From Laetmonice hystrix (lineage: Eukaryota): 64,000 nt of DNA. The number at the start of each line of letters is the position of its first letter. Within the stretch, counting starts at the first letter, position 1. The notes below the pieces were generated by a model, which searched no databases, was not told where the DNA came from, and saw only the letters and a list, made by a program, of their open reading frames with translations. Made by a program: the position numbers and the translations under genes. The stretch is taken from assembly GCA_965235115.1 (NCBI GenBank), contig OZ249444.1, forward strand, positions 25,606,001 through 25,670,000, in the 5' to 3' direction. This document shows, one piece after another, positions 25,301-37,389 of the stretch.

Positions 25301-27645
25301 TACATCAACCTTGACCAACCTGTAATGGGAAACCACACACTGACAGTCGAGTCGAGCCCTACTCTCCACGATATCATCTATAACGCTGCAGAAAGGGTCA
25401 GTACGAGTTACTTCTTCCAAGTCTCAATCAAAATACAAAATACAGCTGAATTCTTCTGACCAGGATTTCCAAAGAGGCCACTCGTATTTGGGGTAAAAAT
25501 GGACGATTCGAAGAAGTGAACTGTTTATTTAGAAAGCGGATCTTAGGAGAAAGTGCTTCCAATGAAAGCAGGGTTTTAATTCTCTTTACTGAAAACTGAA
25601 CGGTCCATGTTTCCTGCCCCCTCCTGACTTCAGGCCAGTAATTGAAGCCCATTTTTTGTCCAATTCTTTGTGACAATGTTCTGGTAACTTGCTGCAGGTA
25701 CCCAGTCCAGATGACCGTCAGTCCATGCTGTACGACACATGGTATGACCGGTTGAGGGAACAGTTGCCCGGTCAGAAGCCGACCATCCTTGAACCTATGG
25801 ACCCACGCCTCATGTCTCTCCCTAACCCATTCTTCAAGAAACTCGGCGTTCCCACAACCCACATCCAGTACATGCCTAGAACCAACAAGGTAGGTCGTCT
25901 TCCTGATATATACCGAACTCAAACAGTGTGTTAAGTGATCAATATCTGTGGCTATTTCTATTAATTAAAAAAGCCAGGTGTGGCCCTTCTAAGTATATCA
26001 GAAATGATCAATCTCCTACAAGAACTGAAGAGGGTGAGATATCAATAATAAATCGTGAAGAATACAAAGTATGGTGTGATCTAATAGGCTAATGTTAGCC
26101 ACCTGGTGGGATATATGTTAACTACAAGATTTACCTATATTTTGGCATACATTAGGTTGAGTTACAAGTTTGATGGTGGGTGTGTATCTCAAGTGTGATT
26201 TGATTCTGTGACAGGCCTTTGACATGTCGCTAATAAACGCATACATTAGGTTGAGTTACAAGTTTGATGGTGGGTGTGTAACTCAAGTGTGATTTGATTC
26301 TGTAACAGGCCTTTGACATGTCGCTAATAAAGGATGAGATGGCACACCACTGGCGATACCACACGGCGGTCAACCGGATGTCAGGCCTACTCGCCCTCTC
26401 ATTGGCTGACGCTTCCATACTGCAGTACGATCTGGTAGCCATGGCAACCAGTCTGCAGGGGAAAGTTTCTGATTGGTTGAGGAACAACAAATATGTACAG
26501 AATGATACAGCAGGTGAGAAGGAAGGGGAAACCATGGAAACAGGCTGGATCCCTCTCTGCGGGACTTCTTCTATAACTACAGACCAGATTATGAGCCACT
26601 GATTATATGTCTCAGAGATATGGCAATTAATAAGGAAAATTATCTTTCGTCAGAGAAAAATAACATAACATACAAATGATTGGCGTTATTTATTTTGCGA
26701 TCAAATCAAGGCCCTAATATGGGGTCATTGAATTAGCTATTATAATAATGTTATCAGTGGAGAGCTGTCATGTTAATTTAATCTAATGGTTGAATTGATG
26801 TTCTTGGCAGCTTCACTGAAGGAAGCGACGGGATCTCTGGTGACGGCTACCAACTCTGTGCACAGCTTTATCATGAACCAGGTTGACTTTGATCTGTATT
26901 CGGAGAAACGGCTAATCAACGAACGACTTGTCAAGTCAGAAAATCTCATGGCCAAAACCTTCTTTCACTTGAAGGTGCTGAGGTAAGTCGAGTTCAGTGT
27001 GGCACAGTTTGTGTTTTCATACCGTATGTACCGTACTGTTTGTGAGTTTAATGGTGAGAGGGTGGGAGGAGAGAGGGTGCAGTGTGTATTGACAAGTTTT
27101 GTGGCAGGTTTTGGGTCACACGTGTGTGCACTGTCAGATTTTTGTTCTAGACCTATGTAAGTTACTGGTAATCAAGTCTCAGTTAAATAATTAATTTGAT
27201 ACCGTGAAATCAGAAATGTTTTAATCTGACATTATAAAAAATGTTATATTTTCTAATCCTTTGATTTTGATCTGTTTTCAGTGTGAAGCTCCTTGTGATC
27301 AACATGTTGTCAGTGAGCCAGGCCGAGCTTCCCGCCAAGAGACGCCAGTATCAGGTGGAGCTGAACAAGCTGCAGGGGCAGCGTTCGCAGCTCGTGACGG
27401 AACGTAAACGTATCATGGAAGAGGAGCAGGACTCCCCAGAGAAACGATTAAAACTACGGAGACTGAATGAGGGACAGAAACAGCTCATCCAGCCAATAAA
27501 AGACCTCAAGTATGAGCTGTTTAAGATCCAGCAACAGGAACTGACTTATGAGATACTTTCAGTGGCCATCTTTACACCGGACGATTTCTGTACACTGTTA
27601 CACTCACTGCGGTCTGCCAAGGAAGTCCTCCGTACCGAGTTATGA
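13382..27645 (+). CDS. M28B family (glutamate carboxypeptidase II / NAALADase / transferrin receptor-like) protein, predicted catalytically inactive; multi-exon, 5' exons not resolved
   Basis: Phase-compatible GT-AG exons read by hand: 13382-13988, 22945-23067, 23322-23484, 23682-23852, 24207-24308, 24458-24663, 25265-25396, 25698-25889, 26309-26513, 26811-26982, 27282-27645 (TGA). Family motifs: YDVLLSLP, PPFVAYS..GEIIYVNYG (PA domain), GNGDPLTP, LPKIPVQTVS, YNVIATLTG, WRPKRTIKLCSW, YINLD. Confidence 0.9.
14310..14375. other. Short hairpin / fold-back element
   Basis: GAACCATGCCTATATA...TATATAGGCATGGTTC forms a 16-bp perfect stem, with outer TAGAC/GTCTA pairing. Confidence 0.6.
15571..17304. 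repeat. Minisatellite, ~25-26-bp unit GAACTTGTGCTATATCTCTCCCCC(C)A, over 60 copies
   Basis: Visible directly; variable C-run; lies in the intron 13989-22944. Confidence 0.97.
18093..20378. repeat. Minisatellite with interspersed 55-bp and 59-bp variants, about 40 copies
   Basis: Unit GTAAGGTCATGTCCACATATCAGTGGTAGCAGTAGTCGCCAGGTTGACT(ACCT)GTAACT. Confidence 0.97.
20686..21312. repeat. Tandem repeat, 127-bp unit, about 5 copies
   Basis: Period is 127 (e.g. 20949 to 21076); the unit contains the palindrome GGGGAGCTCCCC. Confidence 0.93.
24736..24921. mobile_element. MITE-like element with short TIR CCCATGTCCAC..; inverted-orientation relative at 35401-35599
   Basis: CCATGTCCACATAGGCGATT pairs with AATCACCTTAGTGGACATGG; the internal GCGACGTCCATGCGATT recurs reverse-complemented near 35555. 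Confidence 0.75.
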
Positions 27646-28633
27646 TTGATACCTTGAGACGTGCCTGTCTCCATGAACTATTGGTGCCTTATTACGTATG
27701 TGGAGGTGATTGTGTTAGAGGTGAGGCCTGCACAGTTTGCTAGATTGATTTATTACGTATGTGGAGGTGATTGTGTTGGAGGTGAGGCCTGCACAGTTTG
27801 CTAGATTGATTTATTGATTGTGGTGTGAGTGAGTGTGTAACTGGGCTGAATGTGGGCGGGCAGAGATATTTTCATAGTTTGGTAAGAAACATTGTTTATA
27901 TTGATTGAGTGGAAGTTTTTACTGGCTTCCCATTCTCAGAGTATCCTAGGTAGAATAGTCATTGTCTGATAGTCCTGTCTACTTTGAAAAGGTTGTGATA
28001 TTGATATTATTCAGACAACGTTTGTGCCTGCTGTCCAGTAGAAAATAACCATGCGAGACAATTGCTTTGACTTGATGATCAGTGACGTCTTCTGATTAAA
28101 CTAATAGGAATATTTGGAAGTTCCTTTAGTGCCAGTCACTGTGAAGATAGTTTTGTGTAAATTTTTATTAGTTAATTTATATACGTGGTTACAATGAATG
28201 AAACAACCACTGATTAGTGTGATTTGTGAATCACTGAAAACCTGTATTGACTAATCATGACTTGGATGTTCTTTTCTGTAATTATCTTAGTTTTTTTTTC
28301 TCATTTCATGGATGACAACCTCTTTAGCGTCAAGATTAGAGTATATGTTTGCAGGTTTTGAAATGATTGTCGTTAACCCGTTGTCAGAACATGATATTAT
28401 GTGCCAAAGTGTATTGTGACACCTGTAAAGTTTAATATATCAGCCTTTCAGAGGAAAAATGTTTCAGAAAAAGCGTCTTGAGCTATTGATGACATTAGAT
28501 GGGTCGCTGAGAATAATGTTGACAGCACTGCACTGTTATAATACTACTAGGTATAACAGCCGTGATATGGGGTACTTCAGTAAGAAAGTGTAAGAAAACT
28601 AGTCTGAAGTATATGTATCTGACATATTATTGT

Positions 28634-29500
28634 GTGTGTGTATGCCTGGAATGATCCTGACAGGGTGTAACAGAGAGCTCCTCAGTCACGGTCGGTGTGT
28701 GTGTGTACGCCTGGAATGATCCTGACAGGGTGTAACAGATAGCTCCTCAGTCACGGTCGGTGTGTGTGTGTACGCCTGGAATGATCCTGACAGGGTGTAA
28801 CAGATAGCTCCTCAGTCACGGTCGGTGTGTGTGTACGCCTGGAATGATCCCGACAGGGTGTAACAGATAGCTCCTCAGTCACGGTCGGTGTGTGTGTGTA
28901 CGCCTGGAATGATCCTGACAGGGTGTAACAGATAGCTCCTCAGTCACGGTCGGTGTGTGTGTGTACGCCTGGAATGATTCTGACAGGGGGTCACAGATAG
29001 CTCCTCAGTCACGGTCGGTGTGTGTGTGTACGCCTGGAATGATCCTGACAGGGTGTAACAGATAGCTCCTCAGTCACGGTCGGTGTGTGTGTGTGTACGC
29101 CTGGAATGATCCTGACAGGGTGTAACAGATAGCTCCTCAGTCACGGTCGGTGTGTGTGTGTACGCCTGGAATGATCCTGACAGGGTGTAACAGATAGCTC
29201 CTCAGTCACGGTCAGTGTGTGTGTACGCCTGGAATGATCCTGACAGGGTGTAACAGATAGCTCCTCAGTCACGGTCGGTGTGTGTACGCCTGGAATGATC
29301 CTGACAGGGTGTAACAGATAGCTCCTCAGTCACGGTCGGTGTGTGTATGCCTGGAATGATCCTGACAGGGTGTAACAGATAGCTCCTCAGTCACGGTCGG
29401 TGTGTGTGTGTACGCCTGGAATGATCCTGACAGGGTGTAACAGATAGCTCCTCAGTCACGGTCAGTGTGTGTACGCCTGGAATGATCCTGACAGGGTGTA
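28634..29500. repeat. Minisatellite, 61-67-bp unit with variable (TG)n, about 13 copies
   Basis: Unit ACGCCTGGAATGATCCTGACAGGGTGTAACAGATAGCTCCTCAGTCACGGTCG(GT)n. Confidence 0.95.
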
Positions 29501-30846
29501 GTCAAGGTCGGTGTGTGTTTCTAGGCCTGGAATGTGTACAGGCGGAAATCGCTAACATAGCACAAAGCTAAGATGTCATATTCCGCATGATTTCTGGATT
29601 GTTAAACATGGTTTTTCAGTTAAATCGATTTGGAAACATTCTTTCCATGAACATATTTCAAACAAAATGGCTCAATTTTGTCTTTTTAAGACTTCTTTTT
29701 TTCCATGTAGTGGGGATTGCTGTGCAGACCTCCATATTTCACAGATAGATTTGACTGGATAAGATTCGTGACCTGTCCATTGAAGTACAGTATAATTATG
29801 CAATAATTATATACGAAAAAGATAGCTTTTTCATAATCGTTAAGGATTATGACACGGAAGTATACATGATTGTAAATAGATAATTAGGGTGTAAATGCCA
29901 TGATAATTGATTAGATAGTGTAAATTATGTGCAGTTATAAGTGAAGGGAAGTCGGGCAGTAGACTGGACTTAAGACCTAGGCAGTTCGGAGTCCAGTCGT
30001 CAACCGTTGGTTAACATGATGGCGACCTTAGTGGGAGCTACTGTCACCCTTTATACACGCCAAGGTAAAGTCGTAATGTACCAAGAAACGTTACACATCA
30101 GTTCATGATGCTGTTTTCATGAAGCCTGGACACACTAAAGTATGTGACCTCATTGCTTGTGTCACCATTCTTGGATTGACTTCTAGTGAACCGATCGAGC
30201 CCGATCAAGACAATGTCATGAAGAAAGTGTCTGTTGTATTCCAATAAAAAATTTAGGTTTCCTGATTTGTACTGAAGTTTTCGCAGTTCATTTTTATTTT
30301 TACTTTTTTCAATCTCCTTACCCCCCCCCCCCTCCCTCCCCCATCTCGTCGTGTCTTTCTCTCAGTCTCTTCCTCTGTCTCTTTGACGGACAGAAAGGTT
30401 TGCATTTATTAGAGTCATTGAAATGAGATAATCGAAGACTCTGAGCCGCAACTCATTCATTCCGGGAGACAGCTGCAACTTGGAACAGTTTCCGGTGGTG
30501 CTCATCAAGGAAACCCTACACTACACTACACTTGATCAATGCTACAATCAATGGGCATGAGCTCATCCCCCTTCATGGTCGTCATGTGATTCTGGAAAAC
30601 CCATCAGAAAACAAACCTATGTCATAGTTGGGGGTAGGCTAACCCAAGAATCGATACAACATGGGAGGCGAGCTGAAACCATGGGAGGCGGGCTGAAACC
30701 ATGGGAGGCGGGCTGAAACCATGGGAGGCTGGCTGAAACCATGAACCATGAAACCAGATATTGCATAACTAAAGGGATAACTTGGCCGGCTGAGAGCAAG
30801 AATATTGTACATGTGTATCTGCTAAATGGTTTAATGGAGCATTCTG

Positions 30847-31030
30847 GGCCCGGTTTTTTTGTTTATCTTTCCACCGTGAGCAAGGGTGAGCTGAGCTGGA
30901 CAAGGGTGAGCATGAGCTCATTCTCACAGTTTTCGTGTTTTTTGGGTTGCTTTTTTCCATAAGGCGTGCTCATGGTGAGCAAGCTCGCGGAAAAACACCC
31001 CCAAAAAACGAAAACAGTGAGCAAAACAGT
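30847..31030. mobile_element. Truncated copy of the 5686-5949 MITE (right TIR missing)
   Basis: Colinear with 5686 to about 5870; preceded by CTG at 30844-30846. Confidence 0.85.
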
Positions 31031-32452
31031 GTGCAAAACATTAAGGTGGTATGATGTGTTGCAGAGTAGGTATTGTATCTCCAGAAAATGGAATTTGTTT
31101 TGAGCAATAATGCCAATTCTCAAAACATAGTTTTTGCACTTACCATATTCTTGCTCGACTTGTCATAGCGCCGAAACTGGAGGGCAAGGGTAGCAAACTT
31201 GACACCACCACTCCCCCCCCCCCGCAATCTGAGACAACTATGAAAGCCTTTGAGCCTACCCCCTATCGGGTATCAGAACTGGGACTGCCCCCTAACTCTG
31301 AATATTCTCCGGCGCCGGCTCTATCGTATGCTATTACAGGAGTCATCATAATTTTTTGAGCCCCCTCCCTTTGGTGTCAAGATTTTCTCTAAATTTTTAA
31401 TTTTCTCTTTCCGTTTCGTAAGACATCTTCAACAAGGCTGAATGCCTGATCATTAGATTAACAAACTCTTCCAGCGCCCTAATATAACATCACTCAGGCC
31501 GAATGGTGGCCAAGGCAAAGGTAGATCTCTATACGTGTGTCGCTGTGAGTTATTTATATACACATGTACATTGAAGTGAGCCCAGTGGATGACATGCCCC
31601 CCCCCACTCCAACTATACCGTATACGTCGGTAGATTACAGGTGGCGGTAGGCAAAGGGGAACACCATAACCAGTCGCTGGACCGTACACATACTTGGGTG
31701 GGAGGGCTGATATTATATTCCAACCATACTGTTTTGTATGAATGTTCTCGTTATGAAGATGACAAACATTTACCACATGAATGAATGAATGAATGAAATA
31801 GGCCTATCCCAAGGGCATAGCCTATATTTCACAGTGGAGTGGTCAGCAGGCTTCAATCTACTGCAGTGGAGTTTGACGTTGTTTGTCCTAACCCGCCACC
31901 TTTCGTAGTCTGTCATCACTTGCTGCTGGTAAAGGTTGTTAGAATCGGGCAGTCACTGTTCATACAGTTAAAACTGTTCATTGGCCATACAGACTAGGGG
32001 GCAGTGTGTCCCAGAGAGGAGGGGCAATGTACGGGGCTGTTCGGCAAGGGTTCCTCCTCGCTCCGACTTCCGGCATCCTGTGCCAAAGATGCTTATAGAT
32101 GTCACCAGTGGGTAATCATGTGTTGTTCAGACGCCAGATTCGGTGGTCAGGGAAGTAGGTAGCCGAGAGAGTGACAGTGGAGTCGAACAATCGAGGAGGA
32201 GGCCATAATAACAAACTAACATCACAGAGACCATGTGCGGGACAGGCGTTTGGTATTATGGATTGTAGTTGCTACAGAATGAATGTCACAAAAGCAAGGA
32301 ATGAGGATTCAGACATGTATAGACATTGCAGCAAGAACCACAGAATAAAAAAATGTCATAAACCAATAAAATAAACCTTGATAATCAACAAAAAACCTGG
32401 AAAGGTTAAACAATCCCAAGTAAGACTACTGACGTGAAGTCGTCACTCAAAT

Positions 32453-33206
32453 CCAGCAGGTGGCAGGGTAGTCGGTCCGAGATAAAAACGGAATCGTTAA
32501 ACAATTTGGTGTCATTGGTTATGTTGTAAACAACAAGGTATGAAGGACCGCAGTATAAAGACAAACGGTAAAACAATAAAATGAACCTAAACAAAATACG
32601 ATGCCACCAAGTTAGCAAGACTACCGACGTGATGTCATGGATGAAATCCAGCAGGTGGCAGGGTAGTCGGTCGTGCATTAATTCTGCCCAGGTGCGACAT
32701 CTATTTTAAGAGCGACACTACACTCAGGCAGGCGTCTTGATACCAAAAGGCTACGTAAGCCATCCTCTAGTAGGTACCCAATAAAAAACTACTGCACAGT
32801 AGACTTCCTCTGAGGGTTTTGTCATTATTCAGTGATCATATTTAACAAAGTCCACCGCCTTGTTTTCCTTAGCAAACGAGTTGAAATCTAAAATGAATAC
32901 AGTAGACTCTAAGCCTAGCGGATCTGGTAGGGGCGGTGCGAGGGGGGGGGGGGGGTGATGAGTTGGGAACCGTAATGTTAAAGTGTTTATTAAAAGGCAC
33001 TGGCAAAAGGTCACGGTTTAATGGATTCTGTTGTCAAGGGTCTATTTATTCTGTTGTCCTGATAAACAAAAACCCCAATCTCCCATAATGCAGAGGGGCT
33101 TGCTCCACTACCCCTGTGCCACACCTCACTTTTTACGGCGACGATCTCTGTCCGGAGAGTGCAAAAAACCCACAATGGACCATGGATCATATCCAGCAGG
33201 TGGCAG
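32453..33206 (+). promoter_or_regulatory. Three same-orientation CTCF-like motifs CCAGCAGGTGGCAG
   Basis: Exact copies at 32453, 32648 and 33193, each followed by GGTAGTYGGTC; they fit the consensus CCASYAGRKGGCRS. Binding is not demonstrated. Confidence 0.45.
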
Positions 33207-35400
33207 GGTAGTTGGTCCAAGAAAAAAAACGGCCTCATTAAACCATTGAAGATGATGGTTAGTAGGCCCCTACCCGGTATAAAGTCATCGCAGGAAGGGC
33301 CACATAATAAGCAAAAATAATAACCTTTATTAATAAACAAACGCATGCATTTCTAGTCTTTCTGGTCGACAGCGACATCTAGGCCTACTAAGAGAGGATG
33401 ACACTAACTCATGTGGAGTTTTTGATCCAGAACGAGGACACTCAGAACACGGACTATGCTTCTGATTGGCTCTTTCTAGGTCATATCCGGAGGCGAACTC
33501 GCCTCGGATTAAACTAGTTGTCAAACTGCGCATGCTTGAAGCAACCTCTGGTGAAAGTTTGCTCGGATGTATGAAGCGGCCATTCCCCCAGGGTTTGCGC
33601 AAAGTCGTGTAAAGCAGTATCGCGGATGCAGAGATGAGCAGTAAATAGTCTACCGTAGAGGCAAAACAGTCGGCGGCACTGTGGGACTTTCAGTTTGCTG
33701 TTGTCTACATCCAGGCCACTGATCTCGACCTTGAAATTTATCAAAAATATTTTGCAAACGGATCAATCTTCAATTGCTATCTGACTGAAGCAGCATTCGG
33801 AAAAAGTGATTCCAATAATGCAGGTCAAATTGTTCCTATAAAGAGCCACTCTTTGGCTACATATTTCGAAAAATCAAGACGGAGATGCAATTTAAGGGTT
33901 ACCTTATTTGACGTAGGCTAGACGTATGTCTGATTCAGGTACATGGTGATTAATACCTAGGTAGGCTACCTATAACGGGGACCACTATAGAGACAACTTA
34001 TGGACGTCATTTTTTTCTGTTTGTGCATGTTTTTGTGAATAATGAATTTCAAACGAACAAAACTAATGTTGGCCCACACTTGTCTTTAATATCACCGTAT
34101 ATCACTGTACATTTTCTACCAAAAATATTTTTCTACAAAAACGTGTCATGAGCTCTTCATATACCAGTATCTGTACACTGCTTGTCACGATCACAATACA
34201 GCCATTGTTCAGCTTACTGTAAACAAGAAGATGGTAAAGACTTGGTCCCCATTCTGACTGAAACTTGTTTCTTTTATAACGTTGAGGCCTGGTTTTGAGG
34301 ACATAGTTGTCGATGTGACTCGGTCTCTGTGATATGTAGACGCCTGTCCAATGAGACAGAAGGTCAGGTAAAGTGTACGAGGGGGAAAGTATATCTCCAA
34401 TTGTTTGGTGAAGATTAAGTATATCTCCAATTGTTTGATGAAGATTAACGAGTTGTACGGTGACGTTTACCATTGTTAGCAAAGAGGGAAACTCCCGACA
34501 GTGACGTCATATTGTAAGATGTTATAAGAAGTAGAAATCTGTAGATCAGATAAAAAGAACCAGAAAAAAACCCTGACAAATCAAAATGTGTTCAAATACA
34601 ATGTATTATCTTCTGCTGATACGTCCGTACCCGACCTAGTGTCGTGAAGTGACGAGTTTTAACCAATCAGGGTCACTGTTACTTCCACTCGATTCGAGCG
34701 ACCTATGATCACCGTCAGAACTTCGTACTGAGTTCTACATCCTCCAACCACCCACTGTTATGTGAGATTTCTGCTGAGTAATTCTTTGTTTAGTCAAACA
34801 ACTATAAATTCTGGGTTTGGGGCGACTATAACCTACACTTTCGTTTGGGAGATTATATTTTGATGACCTTTGATATTGGGATGACCTTGGGTATGCATCC
34901 AAAGTGACTGCTTTCACCCCCCCCCCCCCCCGGAGTAATTATTTAATATAATTTTCCCTATAGGCTAAACCTAGCTTCAACATATTCTACCTTTCACACA
35001 CTGTACAACTGGAACAGACCACTATTTAAAATGATCCCGACATTTTGTATCCTTGGCCTCAGTCATGCACGCTATCAGCAATCTACAAACATCGGATTGA
35101 AACTACCCTGCATGTGGTCTCTACATCACCCCGACATATCATGCCCTGTTCCCAGCTGGCACAGCAGCTGACATATCGTCGTAAGTAACTATGGACACAA
35201 TCGGTCACAAAAGACCAAGGCACAGCAACCATCAGCTACCACCTCCAGCACTTGTAACACTCCCGTCATTGGGTTTGGCGCAGGACGCTTGCGGCTAGCC
35301 ATGACCTCGAACTCTAACCGTACAGGAAGTCTCCAGTTGTGTATGAATTATGGGAAATCACTGACGTCATTATCAACGGCGTTCTGTTTTCAAATGTAAA

Positions 35401-35599
35401 GGTCCATGTCCACCAAGGCGATTGTCCGTGTGACGATTTTTGATTTAATGGTGGAATTTTACTCTGTCATTTTTCCTGGCTGGCCATCCCTCTTTCTGGA
35501 AATGGGTTCATGCTTTAATCTCTAAATCACAGTAAAACAAAAGGGAGATGTTAAAATCGCATGGACGTCGCAAGGAAAATCGCCTTAGTGGATCAGGCC
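35401..35599. mobile_element. MITE-like element, relative of 24736-24921 in opposite orientation
   Basis: CCATGTCCACCAAGGCGATT...AATCGCCTTAGTGGATCAGG, with internal homology to the 24736 copy. Confidence 0.7.
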
Positions 35600-36710
35600 C
35601 TTCACTACTCCACCGGTGGTGTAGTCGGATATCGGGTAAGTGCATGATCATCATATTTATACATCATATAGCTAGGGGTGAAAGGTATGTTATAGTACAT
35701 GATCATCATATTTCTACATCATATAGCTAGGGGTGAAAGGTATGTTCTTTGTCGTCGTTATTTTTGTGTGGACCGTTAATTGTACAACGCATATATCCAG
35801 AATGAAATTCACATGACCTGCGACCTAGATAGAATATAGAGCCTTTTATTATTTACAAAAACATTTCGAAAAATAACAAGCAACAAAACAGATATACTGT
35901 CTAAACTGTCAAATTACTTTTGTCACTCTCCTAACAGAAAATGTCTAGATGTCGAGGGATCAGATCACCATGTATGCACTGTCTAATATCAAAATGTAAG
36001 CCTTTCATTGCACAACTACCGTGCATTTGATACTGTTTGATACCAGCACAGAAACCGTGCACTCAATACCGTTTACTGGGACCGATACTAGCACAGAAAC
36101 CGTGCATTCAATACCGTTTACTAACACCTAGATAGCACTATCATCTCTTACTTTTGGCGCCTAGTATTTCCTTTCACTTGCCTTGTATCTTTCTTGTATC
36201 CATCTTTCTCTAAATCTGATGCTGCGTTATATTAAGAACCTAATTAATTCAAAGAATTAATGTTAACCTACAAGCAAGGTCTAGCTCAATTTTTAAAGCT
36301 TCTAATATCAGATCTACTATTTGCTTCAAAACATTAAACTTGAACCTTCGTAACTTATAAATTCCCATGTCGTCAGTAAATATATAGATTTATACAAATA
36401 GTAGATCTTCCATCGTATGACCACTTGATCCGCACTAACTGTACGCTTGGGTCATCATAATAAGGACTTCACACTGGCCATGAGAAGCCTTGGCCTGTCC
36501 TGCTCTACCTTCATATTAAGGACTTCACACTGGCCATGAGAAGCCTTGGCCTGTCCTGCTCTACCTTCATCTTCACAACATATTAAGTACACAATCAGTC
36601 CTAACTCGGCTCGACCAACAACCTTTATTGTGCAGGCACGTATTTTTGTGTGACCAGGATTCAGTATTTTGTACTCTATTCACATACATTTCTCTCATTA
36701 AAGTTACACC

Positions 36711-37004
36711 AAGAATTCCTCAGATACTGAATTACCTTTGAACCCCATGGACCATGTTAAAAGTTCAGGGTCGAGCGATAAGCCAAAGTATATTAAAAGC
36801 GGAATGGAACCGTTGGTTTCCACGCCGATTCCGCTGCCAAACGCGGTGATCTATAGATTACCGCTAGTTCTCAGCTTGAGAAAATAACGGATGGACGGTT
36901 GGGCAACTCGGAATCTTAACATAACTCATGTTTCGCTTACCGCTCGAACCTGAAATTTTAACATGGTGTCCCTGGGGTTCAAAGGTAAGTCTCTGGGGAA
37001 TCTT
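36711..37004. mobile_element. MITE with long imperfect TIRs (about 70 bp)
   Basis: TTACCTTTGAACCCCATGGACCATGTTAAAAGTTCAGGGTCGAGCGATAAGC pairs with GCTTACCGCTCGAACCTGAAATTTTAACATGGTGTCCCTGGGGTTCAAAGGTAA. Confidence 0.8.
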
Positions 37005-37117
37005 CGGGACTTTAAGTTATCTCTATGACTTTATTATGTACTGGACAAAGATTTCACTGTGATAGTACTTTGATTATCACACGGGAAGCACTTATCTTTA
37101 CTTGTTATCGTGGGGCC

Positions 37118-37389
37118 TAGCCTGGTTCCCCTGCCCGGCGCTCCGCTCCTTGGCGCTGATAGTCGCTCGCGATATCAGCGCCAAGGAGCGGAGCGGCGGG
37201 CAGGGGAACCAGGGGTGCGTTTCTGTAAAGCCCAAAAGACTCTTTGAGACCCTCGCTGAACCCAAAGAGTCTTTGGTGCGACGTGGTGTTTCTATAACAC
37301 TCTATTCTTTAACAGTGGTTTCGAAAAGACTCTTTTGAAAGACTCTTTGTGCAAAGACATCTTTCCTTACAGAAACGCACCCCAGACTA
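37118..37389. mobile_element. Fold-back hairpin element interrupted by a 170-bp MITE (37213-37382, TIR GGGTGCGTTTCTGTAA, CAG TSD)
   Basis: The outer arms TAGCCTGGTTCCCCTGCCC..CTCCGCTCCTTGGCGCTGATA and TATCAGCGCCAAGGAGCGGAG..GGGCAGGGGAACCAG(ACTA) are complementary. The inner element is flanked by CAG at 37210-37212 and 37383-37385. Confidence 0.85.
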
